A DNA stretch of 64,000 nucleotides from Chiloscyllium plagiosum. Taxonomy: Eukaryota. The stretch is from the NCBI RefSeq assembly GCF_004010195.1, contig NC_057719.1, positions 19,601,562 to 19,665,561 on the forward strand. The letters run 5' to 3'. The position numbers and the translations under genes were made by a program. Positions 51,975 through 63,500 of the stretch are shown here, one piece after another. Within the stretch, counting starts at the first letter, position 1. Each line of letters begins with the position of its first letter. The notes below the pieces were generated by a model. It made no database searches. It had not been told where the DNA came from and saw only the letters and a list, made by a program, of their open reading frames with translations.

Positions 51975-52830
51975 TCATAGGAACTAGAGCAGGAGTGGAC
52001 CACTTAGCCTCTTGAATCTCCTGTATTATTCACTGCAATTACAACTGATCTGAATACTTCACTCTCTGGCCAACCCTCATAACCTTTCACTCCCTTGCTT
52101 CATGAGAATCTAATTACTCTGCCTTAAAAACATCCAAGGACTCTGCTTCCACCTCCTTCTGAGGAAAAGAATTCCAGAGACTCAAGCCTCTGAGAGAAAA
52201 TAATTTCTCTTTATTTCTGCCTCAAATACTTGTCCCTTATTTTTAAACAATGGCTGCTCACTTTAGGCTCTTCTACAAAAGAAATATCTTTCTCGCATGC
52301 ACCCTGCCAAGATTTGCCAGGATCTTATATTTTTCAATCAATTCACCTAGTACCAGCAAGGACGGTGATGGCCCGTTAATCCAGCAACCCAGATAATAAT
52401 TTTTTTGGGGACATGGGTTCGAATCCTACCATGGCAGATGGTGGAATTTGAATTCAATAAAAATCTGGAATTAAGACTCTAAGGATGACCACAAATCTAC
52501 TGGAAAACACCACTTGCTTCACTAATGTCCTTTAGGGAAGGAAACTCACCTTTCCTCATCTGGTCGACATGTGACTCCAAACGCACAGAAATATGTGGTT
52601 GATTCTTAACTGCTCTTTGGGCAATTAGGGATGGCAATTCATGCAGGCCTAACCCTCATCCCATGCATTAAAAAAAATGATACAAGCCCAGCCTGCCCAA
52701 ATTTTCCTCATAAGGCAATCCACCCATTTTAGATAATAATTATCGTTCTCTGAATTTCTTCCAACATACTTATATCCTTCCTCAAAGGAGAGAAATAATA
52801 CACACAAAACTCCAGAGGTGATTGCATGAA
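51975..52830 (-). mobile_element. CR1-type LINE 3' end interrupted by a + strand SINE (52370-52670)
   Basis: ataggaactagagcaggagt...gactctgcttccacc...gaattcca; SINE with ggttcgaatcc and cactaatgtcctttagggaagg. Confidence 0.65.
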
Positions 52831-54501
52831 TATCCTAAAGCATAATCTCCCACCCTCAGCTATCTCAGAGGGTGGTTAAGAGTCAACCATATTGTTGTGG
52901 GTCTGGAGTCACATGTGGGCCAGAGCAGGCCAGGATGAAAAGCTTCCTTCACTAGAGGGCATTAGTGAGCCTCTTGAGTTTTTACAACAATTGAGAATGG
53001 AGTTGTGGTCATCATCAGATTTTTCATTCCAGATTTTTTATTGGACTCAAATTCCACCATCAGCCATAGTGGGGTTTTAACATTGGATCCCCAGTACATT
53101 ACCTGGGTTTCTGTAATACTAGTCCAACAACAGTATTGCTAGGCCATACAATATAATTACGGTATTCTGTGTAATCAATTATCTGTTTCTGCTTGGTGGT
53201 TATTTCATATTATCAGTGGTTAGTGTTCTGGAGTTGAATTCATGCATTTCATAATGAGAAAGAACAATATTTTGGAGATGGCTTCTTGTCTTTGTTAGAA
53301 ATATATTGTAAACATGCTAAAAATGACCTTGGTAAACAAAATAATCTTACACCAGAACTAAAAATCGTAGAAAAAGATAGAAATTTCGTATCTGAAACAT
53401 CGCATTAAGGATAATTGAGGGCCATATAGCTACATCTGTACCCCTCTGTCCTTGGTTTTGCTGAGTTCAATATAATCAAACATTCTATGTTGCCTAGTTT
53501 CATCTGAGTATGATTAAGTAACCAGTTCTGAAATTTGGTATACTTCATAAGGGACTTTCCAAACTTAGCAGAAATATTGATCTGGACTTTCTGATGACGA
53601 GAGGCTGGAGCTGAACCTCAGGAGCATGAAGAATCCCTGGAGCAGCTGACTCCATGAGAATTGACAAGAAAATTAACTTTTCCAATTGGCTTTTTAGCTT
53701 GCATCTGGAAACCACTGAAAATGTCTGCGAAACTGAAGGGATTTGGAGGAATCTGACTCACTTCAGCTAAATCATTACCCAGGAAAACTTAAAGATTAAA
53801 AGCTTACTTTAACTCCTGAGTAACAATTAAACTGACTCCATGACTCAATATTGATCACTGCCTCAACCATACTTCCCACAACCCCTTCCACCCTCTCAGA
53901 CCCCTGACAAATATGACCTGACAACCATCCCCAACTCCCCAGCCTGATACCTCCTAGGTAAACACATGCAGCCTGCAAATTCCCACTGCACTCTGTTCCT
54001 GACTCCACTGTACCATGTATCTACCCATTCCTGCCCTGCCATTGGCATGCGTGTCTTCAGAAGACTGCCCCTGAATTCCTTCATTTCTCTCTCATCTCTC
54101 CCCGTGTTAAAATCCTACTCTGTGACAACTTGCTTTTGTATAACTAGTTGAATGTCCTATTCTGCAATTTAAGAATGACTCAGATAACACTTTCATTGTT
54201 GCAATGAAGTGTTTCACATTTAAGTTCTTAAGTTTAATTCTGTTTAATGCTTTAAACAAATCTTTCCTGATTCAAAATAAGCTTGTTAATACATTATTCA
54301 GCACTAGAGGGAGTTATTGCACCAGCATCATTGAAATGTGACAACAAGTGCAGCAAACAATTGAATACTTTTGATTTGAATGATTCTTCATTTAGAAATG
54401 ATTATGAACCTCTGCAAAAATTTACAATGAAATTATGTTGGATACTGGAATTGAAAAAATGACAAGCCCAAAAGATTTAGAGTTTGCTGCATTCTCTTGG
54501 A

Positions 54502-54697
54502 GCTGAAAATGCATTGCTGGAAAAGCGCAGCAGGTCAGGCAGCATCCAAGGAGCAGGAGAATCGACGTTTCGGGCATGATCTCGTGCCCGAAACGTCGAT
54601 TCTCCTGTTCCCTGGATGCTGCCTGACCTGCTGCGCTTTTCCAGCAATGCATTTTCAGCTCTGATCTCCAGCATCTGCGGTCCTCACTTTCTCCTAG
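54502..54697. mobile_element. PLE pLTR insertion with ~77-bp inverted repeat
   Basis: Arms 54500-54576 and 54585-54661 (2 mismatches); 14-bp flanking duplication tgcattctcttgga (54488-54501, 54698-54711). Confidence 0.9.
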
Positions 54698-54719
54698 TGC
54701 ATTCTCTTGGAATATGGTA

Positions 54720-55218
54720 CAGGTAGTTCTCCTATAAAACCGTAGTTGCATTCTAGCGTAACCTTGCTTAAAAGAAAATCGCTTAATATAAATAATGGGA
54801 CCCACAGGAAAAGTGGGATTAGGGGCAGCCCATCAAAAGTTATCCCTCACAATCGCTCAAAAATTACCCAAAGGTCGAACACAAAGTCTAGCACAGCCTG
54901 AATGATGGTTGAAATCATATTTACCAACAAAAGTAAATTTAACACATAACATTTAAAAAAATGTAAGAAAGCTGCTCTCTGTATAGTACCTCTCACAGAA
55001 AGCTGCTCTGTCGGTAGCTAACATTGGTACATGTGTAGGATGGCACAAAGACCAGCGCTGATATCATGTGTGCGTAGAATGAAGCACACAAACCGATCCC
55101 TGCTTGAACCGCGCTCATTTGAACAGAGGTAAGCGTTCTCGAAAATACCGTTCCCTAATTCTTCAGTGATGTTACAGCCAAATCACGCTCCCGAAACACG
55201 CATTATCCCAGATACCTG
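54720..55218. mobile_element. Tigger/pogo-like non-autonomous DNA transposon
   Basis: TA|caggta...tacctg|TA termini; relatively CpG-rich interior. Confidence 0.6.
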
Positions 55219-55669
55219 TAATTTGAAATGCAGAGAATCCCTCTAAAACAATAATACTGAAAAATGTAAACCTTGAATTTATACAGCATCTAGGATATTC
55301 TACGCAGTCAATGAAGTACTCCTGAAATGTAATAACTGTCACGATGTAGTAAATACACCAACCAATTTACACACAGCAACTTCCACAGGTAGTGATACTG
55401 AGAAGGCAGGTTCTTGATATCAAGGAAGCATTTGATACAGCTTCCCATCAAGAACTCACAATAAAATTGGGGTCAATTGAATACAGGGGGGAAAATTTCC
55501 TCTGGTTTCAGTCATAACTTGAACAAAAGATAATGTGTGTGTTTGTTGAAGGCATGATTTTCAGCACCATTAACAAATCATCTCCAGTGAGAACAGTATT
55601 GAGATAGTAAAACTCCAAGAATTAGGAATTAAAAAATACTCAGTTGGGAGGACAACAGAGACCAAAGGA

Positions 55670-56090
55670 CCAGAACCATAAGGTGTAGGAGCATAAGCAG
55701 GCCATTCAGCCCACCAAGTCAAAGCACCAGACAATTAGATAAGAACTGATCTGAAAAGCCTCAACTCCAGTTTTCTGCATAATCTCCACATCCGCTGATT
55801 ACACATCTGGCTATCGCAGCCCTGGATTCACTGACAACCTCGCATTAACAGCTCTCTGCGATAAAGAATTCCACAGATTGACTACCCTCAGAGACATAAT
55901 ACCCACTTATCTGTTTTAAATGGTGACTCCTTATTCTGTGCTTATGCGTTCCGGTCCTAGACTCTCTCACAATGGAAAACAGTCTCTCCCGATCTACCCT
56001 GTCAAATCCCTTAAGAACCTTGTACGTTTCGCCTGTCATTCTTCTAAACTCCAATGGGTGCAGTTCAACACAGTCAGCCACTCCTCATAC
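55670..56090 (-). mobile_element. CR1-type LINE 3' end
   Basis: ORF 55845-56081 LEFRRMTGETYKVLKGFDRVDRERLF. Confidence 0.8.
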
Positions 56091-56119
56091 GGAAATCAAC
56101 ACAGTTCAACAAAGGGTTG

Positions 56120-56745
56120 AGATTAGAGTGATGCTGGAAAAGCACAGCAGTTCAGGCAACATCCGATGAGCAGTAAAATCGACGTTTCGGGCAAAAGCCC
56201 TTCATCAGGAATACAGGCAGAGTGCCTGAAGGATGGAGGGATAAATGAGAGGAGGGTGGAGGTGGGGAGAAAGTAGCATTGAGTACAATAGGTGAGTGGG
56301 GGAGGGGATGAAGGTAATAGGTCAGGGAGGAGGGTGGAGTGGATAGGTGGAAAGGAAGATAGGCAAGTAGGACAGGTCATGGGGGCAGTGCTGAGCTGGA
56401 AGTTTGGAGCTGGGATGAGGTGGGGGAAGGGGAAATGAGGAAACTGGTGAAGTCCACATTGATGCCCTGGGGTTGAAGTGTTCCGAGGTGGAAGATGAGG
56501 CATTCTTCCTCCAGGCGTCGGGTGGTGAGGGAGCGGCAGTGAAGGAGGCCCAGGACCTCCATGTCCTCGGCTAAGTGGGAGGGGGAGTTGAAATGTTGGG
56601 CCACAGGGCAGTGTGGTTGATTGGTGTGGGTGTCCCAGAGATGTTCCCTAAAGCGCTCTGCTAGGAGGCGTCCAATGTCCCCAGTGTACAGCAGACCGCA
56701 TCGGGAGCAACGGATACAATGAATGATATTATGGATGTGTAGGTA
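56120..56745 (-). mobile_element. Penelope-like element 3' part: GIY-YIG endonuclease remnant and pLTR with intact hammerhead core
   Basis: Minus strand NIIHCIRCSRCGLLYTGDIGRLLAERFREHL...PVAQHFNSPSH...RRLEEECLIFHLGTLQPQGINVDF; cctgatgaagggcttttgcccgaaacgtc (56181-56209, -). Confidence 0.9.
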
Positions 56746-56749
56746 ATGT

Positions 56750-56992
56750 CATTGATAGATATCAACAAACACATTGACTTGAGCTCCATTTACCACCCCG
56801 TGAGAAAAAGAACTGGAAATAACATCACCCATAGGAAATGACATCATCAACCCAAAGAAACCCAAACATATAAATAGAAAGCAGGAATCATCAGCAATGC
56901 TTCATCCAGAGGCTCACTGGAGTTGTTACCTAGTGTGGTGACGAAACATCTGAAAATGAACCTTCCAGATCAGTGAGCAAGCCTACATCCAT
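56750..56992 (+). mobile_element. PLE 3' end (second family)
   Basis: atcaacaaacacattgactt..; gttacctagtgtggtgacgaaacatctgaaa. Confidence 0.7.
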
Positions 56993-57410
56993 CTTGAAAA
57001 TAGTTAGGATCAGAAATTGCAAGAAGAAATCTCTTTTTAATCTGGAAATGTCATTTTATTAAGAGATGGTCAAATGTCCAGTTGCTCATCGGGGACTGAC
57101 TAACTGCACGGATTAATTTATTTAAAACAGTAGGCAAATACATTATAAAGAGAACATTACATCAGAGCAAATGATTTCTGAATGCAGCTTGCAAGACTAC
57201 AGCAGGGAAACTGACAGGGGGTATCACAACATTGTGAGCAAAGAATACATAAAGATTGAGAGAGGACTATTTTATGTGTATCTTGCTTTGAAATAACAAC
57301 GGAGCCTGAGTTGCTATGACATATAAGTAATTTGCTGATGCTTCCAAATCCCATAATTGTGATCTTGTCTGGAGATGCTATTGAACTCCCACAGTTCCAA
57401 TATTTTGTCA

Positions 57411-58014
57411 CAAACAAAAACAGAAATTGCTGGAAAAGCTCAGCAGGTCTGGCAGCATCTGTGGAGAGAAAGCAGAGTTAATGTTTTGGGTCCAGTGACT
57501 CTTCCTCAGAACCTTTTTTGCTTCTGATTTCCAGCATTAACGGTAACTTTGGTTTTCACCCAAAATTTCATAATTGTTTGACCTCCCAGTCACTGGCCAT
57601 TTCGATTCCCTTTCTCACTCCTTCTCGCATGACCATCCTCGGTCTCTTCCATTGCCACAGCAAATCTGACCACAAATTGGCGGAATAATACCTCATCTTC
57701 CAGTTGGGCAGCCTACAGCCCAGAGGACTCAACATTAAATAACCTCCCTTCCCATGTCCCAACTCCCTTTCCAGCCCCTGCCCTCCCCTCCCTTCCCTTC
57801 CTCTGAGCAGCCCTTCCTCCCATCGACCAATTAGACTGTACCCTCTACCTGTATATACCTATCAGTACCTCACTACTCCACCCCTCTCCCCACCCAAAAC
57901 CCTACCCCAGACTCCCTTTATCTGTGGCTCCCCTCACACCTCCCCTCCCCCCCGCAGTCCTTAAGAAGGGTTACACCTGAAACATTGACTTCTTCACCTC
58001 CTGATGCTGCCTGG
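57411..58014 (+). mobile_element. PLE 3' fragment with inverted 5' pLTR piece
   Basis: HLIFQLGSLQPRGLNI-type tail, pyrimidine-rich UTR, degenerate core ccttaagaagggttacacctgaaac; tgtca on both flanks. Confidence 0.75.
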
Positions 58015-59157
58015 TGTCATTTTGTTTGGTTTTCACTACATCTTGTTCAAGTTCTTTCTCTCGAGCGTCAATGCTGACATTTATCCCTGAAAGGATGGTC
58101 TGCTAGGTGATTTTCTTGTATGCGGAGCACCTCCACCAGTTTTGTAGATATGTCCTCTTCCCCAGCATTGCTTTGAGCTCAAGCTAATGTTTGCATAACC
58201 GTCTCTGCTGTGCCAATCTCCTTTACACAAATTTGCTTCAGATATTCCTGTAACTGGGCAACCTACTCATTGGATTTATGACAGAGTTTGTAGTTTATGC
58301 TGCTTCTCTCATTTCAGCTGTCATTTACATTAGAGAGTTTGAGCAGAGATGCATCCTAAACGCCTCATCTCAGAGATCATACTTTCGTTAGAGATTTTAG
58401 AGATTAAAACTCTACTAATTAAGAGGAACGTGAACGTGTTTCACACTTCCCTTTTCAATCCAACAAGTATTTTGCAAGTAGTCAGCTGCACTTTCTATTG
58501 CTTTTCTCATGCCTGACTGATTCCATAGACTTTCACTGTCACGGGCTGCTGACTTTCCTGCAAATACTGGTTCAATAATGTTTACAATGGAGAGAATTTG
58601 GTGTCCAGGTGGATTGGTTGTACGTGCATTCCTGTACATGAAATTGGTGAAATGCTTTATGGCGAAAACGTTGTACAAGTAATTTGTGTCTGCCATTTGC
58701 CATGTCTATCTTAGGCAATAATGAAAAACCTCCTGTTTTAGGACAGATTTTGAATTTTTGCAACCAATTTGGACAATATGACATCAATATTTTCCACAGC
58801 ACTGACAATGTGAATTAATTGCCCAGTCTTAGTCATGTACAGAGTCAGATGCTGATATGAATATTACTTAATGTGTACAACTCTTGCAGGATAGGTATAG
58901 AAGTACTTCGCGTGTATTGCCTGGATTGGTGCACAGATGTTTGTCGTTGCATCTATCAATAGCCTTTGCTGCTGATGCTTTGCAAAACTGGCTGAAAGCT
59001 AAGCATTTTCTTGGTGCACGCAGAAGGTCAGACCTTCCACATTTGTTGCTTTGCTTATGCATTCCAAAGATTGTGACCCCTCAGGTTTGTATTTAGGACC
59101 TACAATAATTTCTTCATGCTTGCTCCAAGCCTTCAGTAGTTCAATATGATACTTTCA

Positions 59158-59324
59158 AAAAAAGAAACAAAAATTGCTGGATAAACTCAGCAGATCTGGT
59201 CGCATCTGTTGGGGAGATAATTAATGTTTTGAATTTGGCAACTCTTCATCAGAAGACTCAATTAACTGAGTTATTCAAGCAATTTTTAAAATTTCTGATC
59301 TCCAGCATCCACAGTTCTTGGTTT
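59158..59324. mobile_element. Short PLE-type repeat insertion
   Basis: aaaattgctggataaactcagcagatctgg ... tctgatctccagcatccacag; flanks tactttca / tactatca. Confidence 0.65.
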
Positions 59325-59907
59325 TACTATCAGTTTTGTCCAGGAAGCTTCTAGAGGTGGATATGATTACCAACTCAACAGTTCTGTTTAGACCATAAGA
59401 TATAAGAGCTGAAATTAGGCCATTCAGCTCATCAAGTCTGTTCCACCATTCAATCATGGCTGATAAGTTTCTCAACCTCATTCTCCCACTTTCTCTCATT
59501 ACCTTTGATCCCCTTGACAATCACAAACCTATCTATATCTGTCTTAAATACACTCAATGAGCTGGCCTCAACAGCCTTTTTTGTGGCAATGAATTTCATA
59601 GATTCACCTCGCTGTGACAAAGTTTCTCCTCATTTCCATTCTAAAGTGCTTTCCCTTTATTTTAAGGCTATGCCCTCAGGTCTAGTCTCTCCTGCCAATG
59701 GAAACATCTCCCCAGCATCCACTCTGTTCTGTAAGCTTCAATTAGATCATCCCTCATCCTTCTAAACTCCATCTAGTGTAGACCCAGAGTCCTCAAATGT
59801 GCCTTTCATTCCTCAGAAGACTCTTGTGAACCTTCTCTGGACTCACTCCAAGGCCAATGCATCCTTCCTGAGATCTGCAGTCCAAAATTGCTTGCACTAC
59901 TCTAAAT

Positions 59908-61003
59908 CAGACCTGGGCATTTTATGGCCTGCGGGCCATATCCGGCCCTTTGGTCGCTCCTGTCCGGCCCGCGTGAGGTCNNNNNNNNNNNNNNNNNNNN
60001 NNNNNNNNNNNNNNNNNNNNNNNNNNNNNNNNNNNNNNNNNNNNNNNNNNNNNNNNNNNNNNNNNNNNNNNNNNNNNNNNNNNNNNNNNNNNNNNNNNNN
60101 NNNNNNNNNNNNNNNNNNNNNNNNNNNNNNNNNNNNNNNNNNNNNNNNNNNNNNNNNNNNNNNNNNNNNNNNNNNNNNNNNNNNNNNNNNNNNNNNNNNN
60201 NNNNNNNNNNNNNNNNNNNNNNNNNNNNNNNNNNNNNNNNNNNNNNNNNNNNNNNNNNNNNNNNNNNNNNNNNNNNNNNNNNNNNNNNNNNNNNNNNNNN
60301 NNNNNNNNNNNNNNNNNNNNNNNNNNNNNNNNNNNNNNNNNNNNNNNNNNNNNNNNNNNNNNNNNNNNNNNNNNNNNNNNNNNNNNNNNNNNNNNNNNNN
60401 NNNNNNNNNNNNNNNNNNNNNNNNNNNNNNNNNNNNNNNNNNNNNNNNNNNNNNNNNNNNNNNNNNNNNNNNNNNNNNNNGACATTCTCAGTGATGAAGT
60501 TCAACAAATCCAAATACAGATCCTCTATCACTGATGATCACCTCTCAGCTATCCTTCACATATCCACCTCAGACATTCAACCAGATTTCAGTGCACTTGT
60601 CCAAGCCCAAAACAGACTGGACTTTTCTCACTAAACAAGTAAAAATGAACTGAAAAACATCAAAAACAGTTACTGTTTTTTATATAGAGTTGTTTGTAAT
60701 ACTGAACAATAATGAAACAACTTTTCATTATTGGTTCGTGAGATTAACATGTTAAAAATAAAATACTGAAATTGTTTTTACTGTTTATTTCTTCTATATT
60801 TGACCTACTCCACAATTTCATATCTTTATTTCCTTATTCTTTTGATTTTAAGTTTCAGTGCAAACCTGTATAATTTAGTACTTTTTACAATGGGAGATAC
60901 TTAAGTTGAACATAATTCTGCTCAGTATTATTGTTGGTTCGGCCCTCCAACACAACTCTGGTTTCTCATGTGGCCCCTTGGAAGAATTCACTGCCCACCC
61001 CTG
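59908..61003 (+). mobile_element. hAT (Charlie/GTF2IRD2-like) DNA transposon, partly in the N-gap
   Basis: Termini cagacctgggca / tgcccacccctg; subterminal ggcctgcgggccatatccggccc; C-terminal dimerisation region FSVMKFNKSKYRSSITDDHLSAILHIST (60481-60634); 8-bp flanks ctctaaat / ctccaatt. Confidence 0.85.
59981..60480. other. Assembly gap (N run)
   Basis: Run of 500 n characters. Confidence 1.
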
Positions 61004-63179
61004 CTCCAATTGTTGTTTGACTAGAGCCTTAAAATGCCTCAGAAGTTCGTCCCTGCTTTTATATTCTAGCCTTCTCAAAATAAATACCAACATTGAATCT
61101 ATAGTTAGAAAGGCAAATACAACATGTAAATTAAGAGAATCCTGGAGAAGGTCTTCCAAGTCCTTTTGCACTTCAGATTTCTAAATTCTCTCCCTATTTA
61201 AAAAATAATCTATGTCTTTATTCTTCCTACCACAGTTCATGACATCACACTTTCCCATGTTGTAGTTCATCTGCCATTTCTTTGGCCACTCAATCGTTCC
61301 GCAGCCTCCCCATCTCCACAAAACTAACAGTCCTTCCACCTATTTTTGTATCATCTGTAACCTTAGCCAGAAGGCCCTCAGATCCTTCATGTAGATATTA
61401 ATGTGAAAAGTTGTGGTCCAAACATTGACCATTGCAGATCACCACCAGTTACTGGCTGCCATCCTGAGGACCCTTTTATCTCCACACTCTGGCTGTCTAG
61501 TTGAAAGCAATCTTCTCTCCATGCTAGTACCTTGCCTCAAACACCATGAGCCCTTATCTTATTCAGCAGTCTCCTGTGCAGCATCTTGTCAAGGCCTTCT
61601 GGAAGTTCTACTACTGAAAGTACAAAACAATTTTTTTTGTTTCGTGTCCTGAATTGTTCTATGATTTCATAGGTAAAATAGCAGGAATTCTAGTTGATGA
61701 ATACAAAAGTTTAATCTATGCAAAATTGGCCTTCTAGCATTATCCATACTTTCTGAAGATTTTCTAGCTCTTTTGCTATTAATTCTGACATTTCAAACCT
61801 GTGCATATCTTGGCTCCCAATTGCTAATGGAATTCTAATGGGGTACTTTTCTGAAAAACACCCCCAAAACATAGAAACCCTAGTTTCAATTGTTGTTTAA
61901 AAAAAAAGGTGTTAAGTGGTCTGCTGTGCCCCAATTTGAGTAAGGGTATTTTGTGGACATTCTGACAATAGATACTGAACCTTCTTTTTGCTGGATATTG
62001 ATTCAGCACACACCCTGGTCACTTGGCATGGATCTCTTCACTTACCAGCAAGCTAAGATTCATTTGTAGGTTGGTTATTTGTTGATGGGTCAAGTATGAC
62101 AGGCCAAGTATGACAGGCCTCATGAGTTTTGTTTTCCACAGCTGTTCCACCATATTAATGGTAAATTGATTAGCTCATTGGTTTAGTTTATAAGTTGTGC
62201 TTTACTGTTCAATAAAACCAACACTGCAGCAACTGCTTCATGCAAGTCCATAGCAGACAAACTGGTAGGGAGATGCAAAACACAGGCAGCCACCACCCTA
62301 TAATCCTCTGGGACTATGGTGACTTTTGCTTACCTTTGTACAGGCAGCACATTAAGTCCTTAAAAAGGTGGACACAAACAAAAAAGGTATACGCACACAC
62401 ATCTACTAGAAATCAGTTAAATGCTTAATTAAAAGACAAGGTACCAGAATAGTGTAGCAAAAAAGGGGAAGTTGTGTAGAGAATCAAAATGGCAAAGATA
62501 GATGATCAAAGTCACACTTAAAACGGATTAAGCAGCAAAATTCACAACTGACTTTTGGCATCTCCAAACATAGCAGAGCACATTGTGTCCATGAATAAAC
62601 TCAAAGTAATATATTGTAAGTAAATCATTGCAAACACTCTTTTGAGATAGAATCACATTGGTCAGTGGGAAGGGAGGTGGTAAAAAGGCATATGTATCTT
62701 CATCACAATTTATTGTTCAGATTACAGATTTGGATCCCTCAGACATGATCACTGAATCTACACATTTATCAATAGCTGTTTTGAATATAAACAAAATAAA
62801 ATTTCTGGCATATAACTGTAACCTAAATTCATATTCATAAAATTCATATGCCAAATGCTGAATTAAAGGAAACAAAAACAAATTGAAGAACCTCAGTAGA
62901 TTTGGAGGATCTATGGCGAGAAAGCAGTCAATGTTTCTGACCAGTGACCCTTCTTCAGAACTGCTTTCTTGCTCAATTAGAAGGTCTTGATATTAATTGA
63001 ACCTTCATATAGATTGTAACCTCACATTACAAATATGCTTATTTAAACCTCAGAAATTCCGTTAACATTTTCTTCACAACACTGTTCTTGTATGGAATAA
63101 AGGGGGACTTGAAAGCTAAACGTCTGTAATTTTGCTGTAATAATTAGATTAATGCCCACAACCGTTCTCATTGCCACTT

Positions 63180-63500
63180 GCTGAAAGTGGGAAAATAAAG
63201 TGTGGTGCAGCATAAAAGCACCTTCCAAGCTTGTGACCTCTACTGCCTGGGGCAATGCTTGGGAAATATGGGAACACCATGTGCAAGTTCCCCCTTGCAG
63301 CACCCCTCTTCCCCCCCCCCCCCCCCACACAGCTGGACACCATTCCTTCACTGTTGTTCAATCAATATTCTGGAAATCCCTCCCAATTAGCATTATTGAT
63401 GTACCTATACCAGGAACTTCAGTATTTCAACAGGCACCTTCTCAAAGGCAAGTAAGGATGGACAATAAATGCTGGCTCATCAAGCAACTCCTACATTGAG
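63180..63500. mobile_element. Two oppositely oriented CR1/L2-group LINE 3' UTR fragments around a poly-C run
   Basis: gcaccttccaagc..gggaacacca..caagttcccc and cattccttcactgt..tctcaaggca...caataaatgctggc. Confidence 0.5.

Larger units (their letters stand above)
59391..61606 (-). mobile_element. CR1-type LINE 3' fragment (RT to tail), split by a hAT element
   Basis: Minus strand FQKALDK..HRRLLNKIRAHG near 61600; LEYKSRDELLRHFKALV; gaccataagatataagagc tail at 59391. Confidence 0.85.
57270..61850 (-). pseudogene. Fragmented relic of a putative dynamin-superfamily (bacterial DLP-like) GTPase gene
   Basis: Non-repeat blocks 61850-61608, 59390-59325, 59150-58016 and 57410-57270 read ...CFVLSVV | ...IPILQEL..NIHISI | QLIHIVSA | RFFIIA(x)KID (frameshift) | IEPVFAGK..SLWNQSGMRKAIESAADYL | helical tail. 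The GKS and DxxG motifs are not visible. Confidence 0.5.

Noticed and set aside
58940..59040. MULE-transposase-like reading (FCVHQE...LLIDAT)
   Set aside because: Downstream MULE catalytic motifs are absent; the G4-like FFIIA(N)KID and LWxxSG context fit a dynamin-like GTPase better.
59799..60634. Long ORFs (187-236 aa) spanning the second gap
   Set aside because: Mostly X; only the hAT C-terminal 50 aa is meaningful.
62091..62118. 14-bp tandem duplication caagtatgacaggc
   Set aside because: Ordinary slippage or repair duplication with no further structure.
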